A stretch of 40,664 bases of DNA from positions 1 through 40,664 of the forward strand of contig JAOZTP010000002.1 in assembly GCA_029939135.1 (NCBI GenBank), read 5' to 3'. Both the position numbers and the translations under genes were made by a program. Below the pieces are notes generated by a model. That model did no database searches. It saw only the letters and a list, made by a program, of their open reading frames with translations, and was not told where the DNA came from. This DNA is from Desulfobacterales bacterium (GTDB taxonomy: Bacteria; Desulfobacterota; Desulfobacteria; Desulfobacterales; JAFDMD01). Each line of letters begins with the position of its first letter. Within the stretch, counting starts at the first letter, position 1. Shown piece by piece: positions 25,514 through 33,164 of this stretch.

Positions 25514-27108
25514 TCGGCATTATTAAGAATATTACGGACTATAAGATTTGCCGTTGTATTAGCTTTTTCATCAGAACAGGAAGATAAGGCTTTTGGTCTG
25601 CTTCCGATAAGAGCTAAAGTTTCCGCAATTCCTCCTCTGATTATTGAGGAATAGCTTAAAGTTTTTCCATGTATTACAGCCATATATCGCTCTTTTTTAG
25701 GAAGATCAAATTGAGGGTCGTATTCCCCCAAAACTTTTAAGGCGGTTTCTTTAAAACGTTCTAAATCTTTGTCAAATAATTGCGCCCCTAAATAATCCCA
25801 TGCTTCTTGGCGCGGTATTATTCGCCACTTTTCATTATATTGAATTAGGGGAGCGTCCGAGCGTAAAGTCTCGGCTCTAACTATCCCGATCCACTCCCCG
25901 TAACTTTTTCCCAATAAATGCTCCAAAGCGGCTATGTCGTCGGGATTATTGCCGTCCCATTGTCCGATTAATCCGGCTTCCGCAAGAAAACGGGCATTGT
26001 CGCGGTTAGCATAAGGCGGCGCCGTTCCAAGTCCTGCCATATATCTTCGCAATGCGGATAAAGAATGCGCTCCGATTGCCGCCATCTTTTCTGCTCGAAG
26101 TTCCGAAAAGTTTTTATTAAGCAAAATTTGTTTAATTGAATGTTTATCGGGGCTTCGCAGCCTTACAATTTTTTGATTTTCTACAGATAACCCGCCGAAT
26201 ATTGGTATTATAACCGAATGCCCTTTGTTTGTCGCGATTGTTTGAAAATCCATATTTTCCGAATCTAACCCCAGTTTGGGATTAGCAACCAATATATGCG
26301 ATTTAACGATTTCGGAAATCGAAAGCCATGTTTCTTTATCTTCAATGAATAAGCATTTATTGCTAAAGTAACGGCGTTTTTCATTATCAAGCGAGGCAAG
26401 ATAAGCTGAAACAAAATCTTTTACGTCCTTTCGGCTTTCGGCAAAAAAAGGCAATTTATTAGAGACGCCTTCGAGTAATTTCTGCAAAGCCGAGCAAGCA
26501 TCTTCTCTGCCGACCGTAAAAACTTCAGGCGGAATTGGCGGATCATCATCTTCTTTTTTTGGGGATTGAATTATTTCCCAGTGTTCTGCAGGCGTAAAAA
26601 ATCCTCCGATATTCTTTGAAATTCCTATTTTTTTTGCCATCCATCTTACTAATGCAGGAAACCCTCGCAGCCAATCTGCAAGTTTAACATCGTCAATAAT
26701 TTTGATCTCTCGCCATCCCTTATCTTTTCTTTTATCTATCCACTCTGTTTGCTTGGGAAATGAACGGGGAGTAACCAAAATAATAGAAGCATTAGCTTTA
26801 TCGGTTTCGGCAACCTGCTTTGTTCTTTTATTAAAGTCTTCGGCAAATTTTGCCTTTGGATTATTGCCTGTTCCGATCTCCCAATATGATCTGCCGTCCG
26901 GTACAAATTCGCGAAAGCCTTTATCGGTTTCTACTATTCCGTCCCATTCCGGTTTATTTATTGCCTCTCCATAAGGAATACGGCATGTAGAAGGGTTGGA
27001 TATTGACTGCCTTACCAATAAATAGATTAATTCAGGAATTACGGCTTGGCTCTCCCGCCCCGTTGCATAGTGATTGAGATCAACAGTATTTATTATTTGT
27101 GAATACAT
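25492..27108 (-). CDS. Orphan 538-aa protein with a possible PD-(D/E)xK-like nuclease N-domain and no P-loop
   Basis: The N-terminal ~135 aa contain ..AVIPELIYLLV..RIPYGEAINKPEWDGIVETDKGF..DGRSYWEIGTGNNPKAKFAEDFNKR.., then IILVTPRSFP...WREIKIIDDVKLADWLRGFPALVRWMAKKIG. There is no GxxxxGK[ST] anywhere. The stop overlaps the start of the next gene. Confidence 0.6.
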   Translation of the reverse strand: MYSQIINTVDLNHYATGRESQAVIPELIYLLVRQSISNPSTCRIPYGEAINKPEWDGIVETDKGFREFVPDGRSYWEIGTGNNPKAKFAEDFNKRTKQVAETDKANASIILVTPRSFPKQTEWIDKRKDKGWREIKIIDDVKLADWLRGFPALVRWMAKKIGISKNIGGFFTPAEHWEIIQSPKKEDDDPPIPPEVFTVGREDACSALQKLLEGVSNKLPFFAESRKDVKDFVSAYLASLDNEKRRYFSNKCLFIEDKETWLSISEIVKSHILVANPKLGLDSENMDFQTIATNKGHSVIIPIFGGLSVENQKIVRLRSPDKHSIKQILLNKNFSELRAEKMAAIGAHSLSALRRYMAGLGTAPPYANRDNARFLAEAGLIGQWDGNNPDDIAALEHLLGKSYGEWIGIVRAETLRSDAPLIQYNEKWRIIPRQEAWDYLGAQLFDKDLERFKETALKVLGEYDPQFDLPKKERYMAVIHGKTLSYSSIIRGGIAETLALIGSRPKALSSCSDEKANTTANLIVRNILNNADWERWQA

Positions 27109-27122
27109 TTTTTCAATTACTC

Positions 27123-27393
27123 CTATATAACACTAAATCTATAACTTTTTTTGCCGCCCATTTTGCATATTATATATAATGGTATCGGAGCTAAAATTCT
27201 GCTCTTTTGTCCATTTAATGCCATGATGATCAGGTTTAACAAGCTTAAAATATGATTTGTCTGCAAGCGCCTTAAAAGCCCGCCGTTTAAATACGGCTTT
27301 ACGTCAAAGATTCCGGGAATGCCTCCGCTTGTAATTATTTCAATTTTATAATCTTCAAGAGGAAGCGCTTTTATAATCTTATCAATTTTAATT
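27123..27393 (-). pseudogene. Start-less ~90-codon open frame immediately upstream of the orphan pair (possible 5'-truncated gene remnant)
   Basis: My translation is IKIDKIIKALPLEDYKIEIITSGGIPGIFDVKPYLNGGLLRRLQTNHILSLLNLIIMALNGQKSRILAPIPLYIICKMGGKKSYRFSVI*. There is no ATG/GTG and no RBS near the 5' end. It ends 14 nt before ATG 27108. Confidence 0.25.
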
Positions 27394-27525
27394 TAAATTA
27401 TTTTTACAGTTTAATTTGATTTCTTTAATAATATATAAATAAGCGATAGTTTAAAGTCAAACTTTTTGCTTAACCTTTCGGTTTTATTGATAGATATTTA
27501 TAAAAAAAGGAAAAGATAAAAAGGC

Positions 27526-27555
27526 AAGCCGCTTTTATTGTTTTAAAAGCGGCTT
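27526..27555 (-). terminator. Rho-independent terminator downstream of the EutBC fusion gene
   Basis: Perfect 12-bp stem AAGCCGCTTTTA / TAAAAGCGGCTT with a 6-nt loop. On the minus-strand transcript it is followed by GCCUUUUUAUCUUUUCC. Confidence 0.65.
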
Positions 27556-27579
27556 AACGTATGAGGAAGGTTTTAAAGG

Positions 27580-29847
27580 TTATTTTGCGGTCATCTCTTT
27601 TACTATGGTTAAGGTCTCTTTTGCGGCATCTTCAGGTTTATATGCAGTGTCCGAAATGCCGCTTACCACTCTTGCAATATCGTGATCCACTCCGTTTTTT
27701 GCCCATGTTTCGGCTGTTGGAGCGGCAATATAAACTGAATAATTATGGTGTCCGCTTCCGGGTCTTTCTCCTATTACGTGAAGGATGACTTTCGGTTTGT
27801 CAGTTCCCTGTTTTCCGTAAAGAAGGCTGCCGATTTTATACCCTGCTCGAACTCGTCCTGATTCTAATAATATATTTTTTTCGCTTATCGTATATCCGGC
27901 GGAAGCAAGCTCCTCTCTTACGGTTTGCAGGTATGGCAAAAGATGTCCTTCATCCATAAGCGCCCTTGCGTTTAGCCCGTCTGATATTACGATTTGAATA
28001 TCTGGCATACTGTTTTGCCACGATTTTCGCAATTTATACAACGCATTGATTGCGCCCGGAGATAGGGTTTCCCCTGTAGGAGGATGAGCAATGTAATCGC
28101 TTCGATTTTCCGAATTGGTAGAGATTACTAACGCGTTTGGAATTGTTTCAATAAATTGCGGCGTAAATGCGGCTTTAAGGGAAATTTTGGCGTCCTCGTA
28201 AAGCGCCCGAATTTTTTCTTTCAGCTCCGGATTTAATTCCCAAGGCTTGTTTCCGTAACCTCTTGCAATCGGAACGCCCCGGGCTTCAATTCTTTTAATT
28301 GCGGCTTCCCCTTCGGCATATATTTGCTCTTTGGAGCGTTTGTCTCCTTTTGCCAAAAGATATTGATAATAAACCCAAATAGGATCTCCGAAATGTTCGG
28401 TATATTTGTCGTTATTATCTACGATTTTAATTTTTTTAAAAAATTCCCACATTGCATCCGATACTTTATACCCGAATTTTTCTCTAATCCGAACATGATC
28501 TTGAAAACCTGTGGTAAGATAGCTTAACATCGGATCGTTTTTGGTTGGCAGCCCCATAAGATATGCGGGGTTTGCGGGCATTATTTGATCTATGCACCAA
28601 TCCAGATCGTCAAGGGTTACCGGCATATGAAGGGTAGAACATATATCTAATCCTAAACATAATCCGTGTAGTTTTCCTAATACTATATCTTCGAGGCAGC
28701 ATCGAACTAATTGCTCGCGGGTTTTAAATATTTCTGGTCCTATAAATCCCGCTACGTCATTTAAGTGATTCCAAACTTTGCCGTTATCAGATACTTTTTC
28801 AACCTCTTTTGTCAAAGCTCTTGCAAATCCGTATTTTCTGGATTCGTGAAGAACCATGTCGAAGCCGTTGCCTGCGCCGTTGGTAAAATCCGCCCCCTGC
28901 CCTGTTTCAAAATAAAGCCCGAATTTTGTCTTACGCATTTTTGCGTAATTTATCATTTTATCTATTGTAAGATCAAAGGTTTGGTTTGCCTGATCGCATC
29001 CCGCCAAACTCTGAAACCATAAAGCTGTTTGTCCGGGATATTGTTTTTCAACCTCCGCCTGTTTGTCTATATGGGCAAGAACGCACCAAGGCATAACTTG
29101 ATCTATGCCGAAGGTTGTTAAAACATCTTTAAGAATTTTTTCAATAGCCGCAATGTTTTCAACGGAATCGGAAACAGGATTTGTTCCGAGCGTCAAATCG
29201 CCGGTAGCGTAACTCCATCCGTTAAAAACCTGCCATATTATATCTTCCGGATTGTCCGTAGGCGAATTAGGTTGGATTCTCGCCCCAAGATACCCTTTTG
29301 CTCCGATTTTACTTCCGGGAAGCGGATTGAAAACTTTTTGCCCTACAATTATTAACTCTTGATTGGACATTAATTTGACTACGCATCCGATTGCGTCGCT
29401 GTTTAAGCCGTCCATTATGCCTTTAATATCCGATTCCGACTTTGCAAGCAGAAAATTTTTAATTTCTTGCAATGTTTTTTCTTTGATTTTGTTATATTGA
29501 GAGGCATCTGTGGTTTTCCAGATTAATTCTTGAAGATTATCTTTAAATAATGGATTATTATGAATATCTTTTATTTTTGTATTGGATAAAAGGATTCTGG
29601 CGTTTGAGCGGGAAATTTCATTTGCAGCGGCAAGCCCTAAAGCTTGGTCGCCTTCTTTAAACTCGTTTGCCGCTCCTACTATTTTTTGATAAAGGGTTTG
29701 ATCAAAGCTCCCTTGAATTCTTCTGATATATTGGAATATATTTTCGTTTGGATTGATAGATTCAATTGTAACCGCGCTTGCCTCGGTTCCAACCGCGCAA
29801 AACAGGATACATGCAATAACAATAAAAAAACGTTTTATCAGTCTCAT
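27580..29847 (-). CDS. eutBC: Ethanolamine ammonia-lyase, fused large (EutB) and small (EutC) subunits with an N-terminal signal/anchor peptide
   Basis: EutB motifs are ARIQPNSPTD, GTNPVSDSVENI, LYFETGQGADF, GFIGPE and CLEDI. The EutC-like C-terminus has IVISDGLNARAL...VILHVIGERPGSG. The N-terminus is MRLIKRFFIVIACILFCAVGTEASA, about 50 aa ahead of where E. coli EutB aligns. Confidence 0.8.
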   Translation of the reverse strand: MRLIKRFFIVIACILFCAVGTEASAVTIESINPNENIFQYIRRIQGSFDQTLYQKIVGAANEFKEGDQALGLAAANEISRSNARILLSNTKIKDIHNNPLFKDNLQELIWKTTDASQYNKIKEKTLQEIKNFLLAKSESDIKGIMDGLNSDAIGCVVKLMSNQELIIVGQKVFNPLPGSKIGAKGYLGARIQPNSPTDNPEDIIWQVFNGWSYATGDLTLGTNPVSDSVENIAAIEKILKDVLTTFGIDQVMPWCVLAHIDKQAEVEKQYPGQTALWFQSLAGCDQANQTFDLTIDKMINYAKMRKTKFGLYFETGQGADFTNGAGNGFDMVLHESRKYGFARALTKEVEKVSDNGKVWNHLNDVAGFIGPEIFKTREQLVRCCLEDIVLGKLHGLCLGLDICSTLHMPVTLDDLDWCIDQIMPANPAYLMGLPTKNDPMLSYLTTGFQDHVRIREKFGYKVSDAMWEFFKKIKIVDNNDKYTEHFGDPIWVYYQYLLAKGDKRSKEQIYAEGEAAIKRIEARGVPIARGYGNKPWELNPELKEKIRALYEDAKISLKAAFTPQFIETIPNALVISTNSENRSDYIAHPPTGETLSPGAINALYKLRKSWQNSMPDIQIVISDGLNARALMDEGHLLPYLQTVREELASAGYTISEKNILLESGRVRAGYKIGSLLYGKQGTDKPKVILHVIGERPGSGHHNYSVYIAAPTAETWAKNGVDHDIARVVSGISDTAYKPEDAAKETLTIVKEMTAK

Positions 29848-30051
29848 TTCTCTCTCCGAATCTTTGCTGTTTTTATCTGCTTATTTTCTTTTCCGGTTCA
29901 TTTGTAAAAAAATTTTAAAATCAATAATTATTATTTTTTGATGAATATTTTATCACCGCCTCCTTGTTTTATCAGACTTTTACCCGCTTTGCCTTATAAG
30001 TAAAAAAGCGATTTTTGAAATTAAGCGGTAAAACCGCATGTGAAATAGGAA

Positions 30052-30082
30052 GTCTGTTCCGTTGAGTAAAGGGAGAAATCCC
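30052..30082. repeat. Family A half-site
   Basis: GTCTGTTCCGTTGAGTAAAGGGAGAAATCCC. Confidence 0.5.
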
Positions 30083-30234
30083 TTTATTGTTTTTGTTATA
30101 ATTGTTTTCGATTTTGACGTAATCGTAGAAATTTTGTTTTATTATTAAAAGCAAAGCTTAAATTGAAGATATATAGAATTGACAAACTAAAGTCAAATAT
30201 TTTTACTTTATGTAAAAAAGCCTTTTTTTCACTT

Positions 30235-30447
30235 AATTTAGGCGGATAACTTCGTAGTTTGCCCTATTTCTACGTTGGATAAACTTTTTTGTTATGCGCC
30301 GAGATTTAAGCATTTTTTTTGTTTAAATATTTTTTAATAATGGCGGTTTACAGTTTTCTTTTTTCAAGTAGTTTCTTCGTTTGCAAGGCGAAAAAAAATT
30401 TTCAACGCCGCAAACATGCAAAATACGCAGTTATCCGCCCAAATTTT
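30235..30447 (+). repeat. Family B composite (inverted right-arm copy plus short copy) abutting the stop of the DUF294 gene
   Basis: The left part AATTTAGGCGGATAACTTCGTAGTTTGCCCTATTTCTACGTTGGATAAA is the inverted image of the right part TTTCAACGCCGCAAACATGCAAAATACGCAGTTATCCGCCCAAATT. The TAA stop (30446-30448) directly follows. Confidence 0.65.
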
Positions 30448-32770
30448 ATATGCCCATAAACTTCAAGCTAGAATCATCTTGAAACCTTTCTATTTTTTTA
30501 AATATCTCTTTTAATAATTTTCTTTCGAGACGGGACAAATCATTAGGATTAATATGATTATCAGGGGCTTTTTTCTCATAAATTATAGCTTTTACCTGCC
30601 GAACAAATCTAAGTTGCATCATAAAATCGTAAGATTGATCTATATCTTTATAATCCTGACGGGATAATACCTTTTTATCATATATTTTATTAAGTCTTTC
30701 GTGAGTATTGGTTTCCCAAATTGAATTTTGCAAAGCGTATATTCGGGCAAAATCGACTACCGGTATCATAGCGCTCTTTATATCAAAAGAATTTTTATGT
30801 TCCCCTTTTGATTCAAGCTTAAACTGTCTGAAAAGATTAAGAGGCGGCTTAAAATATAAAGCGTTTTCGGCAAGGCGTCTAAAAAAACCGGACCAGTTTT
30901 TTAAAGAATCAAACAAAAAAAATTTTAGCTCCTTTATAAGTTCGCCGTCTCCGCTGCCTTTTCTAAAATCAAAAAATATACTGGCGTAAAGAAGGTCTTC
31001 AGGAGACGCTTCATATATCCAAGAATTAAAATAGTTTTTCCATTGAGAAATAGAAGCGCATAATTTAGGATTTTTTGCCATAATGTTTCCCTTACAAAAG
31101 GCATAACCCGCTTTATCAAGCATATTGCATACTTTTTTTCCCATCTTTAAAAAATATTCTTTAACCTGTTTTTCGTCGCTTTTGGGAACATCTTCAAATA
31201 TTATGGCGTTATCCTGATCCGTTTTTAAGGTCTGCTCATATCTTCCTTCGCTTCCCATGATCATAAATACAAATTTTACCGGAGGCTCTCCTATATCCTT
31301 TATTGTAAATTCAATAAGCTTATCTAATATGGAGCCGCTTATGGCTGAAACAAACTTTGTAATATGTTTTGCCTTTGCTCCTTTGCTTATAAAATCATGA
31401 ATTGTTCTTGGCAGCCTGTTATAAATTTTCGCTATTTGCGTTACAGTATCGGCTTTTGAAATATTCTCTATAAATAAAAACGGGGATTTGCTTCGGGCGG
31501 TTAGCATATCTTTATGAGTGGCTATGCCAGCTATTTTTCCGTCCGTATCGCTTATGACGATATGTCTTTTATTACCCTGCATACTTTTTAAAATAGCCTC
31601 GAAAATAAAGGAATGCTCAGACACGCTTACAAGAGGAGAAGACATTATGGAGGACGCGGGCATTAAGAAATCGTATCCTGCGGCTACTACTTTATTTCTT
31701 AAATCCGTATCTGTTATTATGCCTATAAACTCCTGTTTATTGTTTCTAATTAGTATGGAACCGGAGTTTTTATTTTTCATTATAGATGCGGCTTTTTGAA
31801 TGGAATCTTCCGTTTCGCAAAATATAAGGTTTCTATTGCATATATTGCCGATGGTATTATGAAACGCTCCCAGACCGTCCGCTTCCGCTCCCACGCTTCC
31901 GTCAATTAATGAATAGTAAGATTTTTTTAAAATTTTTTCCCCAAAAGTATCGGTAAAATAGTCTGTTATGATAGAAAACTTATCGCAAAGGTTTAAAAAA
32001 TGTTCGCGCGCAAGCTTGTAAAAAGAGGCGTTTTCTTTGATTTTTATACTTTCAAAAGCTATCCCTTTATTTGCAAGTATAGAATAGCCGCCGAAGATAT
32101 CCCCTTTTTCCATAATTTTTTCATTTTTATTATTATCTTCTATCCTCCCCCTTGTCGCCAAACCGCTTCTTAATATATAGATATGCTCTATTTTTGATTC
32201 GTTTTGGGTAAATAATAAAACGTTTTTAGGAAAACTTACTACAGATAACATTAAAGCGGTTTTATTTATATCCTCTTTCCGCATAAAAGAAAAAGGGGCG
32301 GTATTTGCAAGCATTCTTTTTGCATTATCCGTCTTTACAACCGAAGCGTAATGTTTGTTTTGCATTCTGGCGTCGTAGCTATCTACAAAATATTCATAAA
32401 AGGAATCGTATCCGGCGCAAAGTTCCAAAAACTTTTTTTGGGATATTATATATAAAACGGTATCTTTACTCGCGCGGACATTGCGCGGCATTATGCCGGA
32501 ATTCATCAGTATCGAAATTCCGCCAAGTATATCCTTTTCTTTAAGGTAAGCCGCCGTATTTTTTTCTCCCTCTTTTCCGAAATCAAGCTCCAACTCCCCC
32601 TCTTTTATTATATACGCCCCTTTTGTTTTGCTTATCCCCCGCTCAAAAATCATTGATCCGGAGATATATTTTTCTTCCATTACTGATTTGGAAATATTTT
32701 CGACCTCTTTTTTCGGTATCGAAACAAAAGGTTCTAAATCAGATAAAAACTCTGCAATTTCCTTTTTCAT
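30446..32770 (-). CDS. 2x cNMP-binding / 2x CBS / DUF294 putative nucleotidyltransferase
   Basis: 774 aa. It has two CAP-effector-like domains (IFERG..AYIIKEGELEL and GDIFGG..) and a CBS pair (IIGIITDTDL.., IAGIATHKDML). The polymerase-beta-type NTase motif is MGSEGRYEQTLKTDQDNAIIF, followed by a DUF294_C-like tail. Confidence 0.8.
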   Translation of the reverse strand: MKKEIAEFLSDLEPFVSIPKKEVENISKSVMEEKYISGSMIFERGISKTKGAYIIKEGELELDFGKEGEKNTAAYLKEKDILGGISILMNSGIMPRNVRASKDTVLYIISQKKFLELCAGYDSFYEYFVDSYDARMQNKHYASVVKTDNAKRMLANTAPFSFMRKEDINKTALMLSVVSFPKNVLLFTQNESKIEHIYILRSGLATRGRIEDNNKNEKIMEKGDIFGGYSILANKGIAFESIKIKENASFYKLAREHFLNLCDKFSIITDYFTDTFGEKILKKSYYSLIDGSVGAEADGLGAFHNTIGNICNRNLIFCETEDSIQKAASIMKNKNSGSILIRNNKQEFIGIITDTDLRNKVVAAGYDFLMPASSIMSSPLVSVSEHSFIFEAILKSMQGNKRHIVISDTDGKIAGIATHKDMLTARSKSPFLFIENISKADTVTQIAKIYNRLPRTIHDFISKGAKAKHITKFVSAISGSILDKLIEFTIKDIGEPPVKFVFMIMGSEGRYEQTLKTDQDNAIIFEDVPKSDEKQVKEYFLKMGKKVCNMLDKAGYAFCKGNIMAKNPKLCASISQWKNYFNSWIYEASPEDLLYASIFFDFRKGSGDGELIKELKFFLFDSLKNWSGFFRRLAENALYFKPPLNLFRQFKLESKGEHKNSFDIKSAMIPVVDFARIYALQNSIWETNTHERLNKIYDKKVLSRQDYKDIDQSYDFMMQLRFVRQVKAIIYEKKAPDNHINPNDLSRLERKLLKEIFKKIERFQDDSSLKFMGI

Positions 32771-33021
32771 AATTTTAATTATCTCCCGATGTTGTATTGT
32801 TATATTTGCAATTCGGTTGCATGAATTTCCCCTTTGTATCCCCGCTTGTATGTTGGGTTGCGCGCAGCGAAATTCAAATTTTTTTTACATCTCGGCATAT
32901 TAATTATAAATTTAAATTCCTCCAGATAACAAACCGGTTCCTTTCAGTTTAAGGCAGATAAAATCTTTATCCAACGCTAAAACCAGACAAAACACAAAGT
33001 TAATCGCAAAAAACAATATCT

Positions 33022-33164
33022 AAATTTGGGCGGATAACAAAGTGGTTTGTTTGTTTGCAAGACGGATCAACTTTTTAACCGCAGGAATACTAATGTATTT
33101 CGAAGATTAAAAATTTTATCCAACGCCGCAAACAGGCAAACTACGCAGTTATCCGCCCAAATTT
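33022..33164 (+). repeat. Family B element (full copy) abutting the stop of the exonuclease gene
   Basis: The outer arms AAATTTGGGCGGATAAC (33022-33038) and GTTATCCGCCCAAATTT (33148-33164) form a perfect 17-bp inverted repeat. The core matches the 16210 and 21902 copies. The TAA stop is at 33165-33167. Confidence 0.8.

Noticed and set aside
33028-33045. Resemblance of GGCGGATAACAAAG to the lac operator core (GAGCGGATAACAA)
   Set aside because: It is a short partial match inside the arm of a repeated palindrome, and no LacI-family gene is nearby. I regard it as coincidence.
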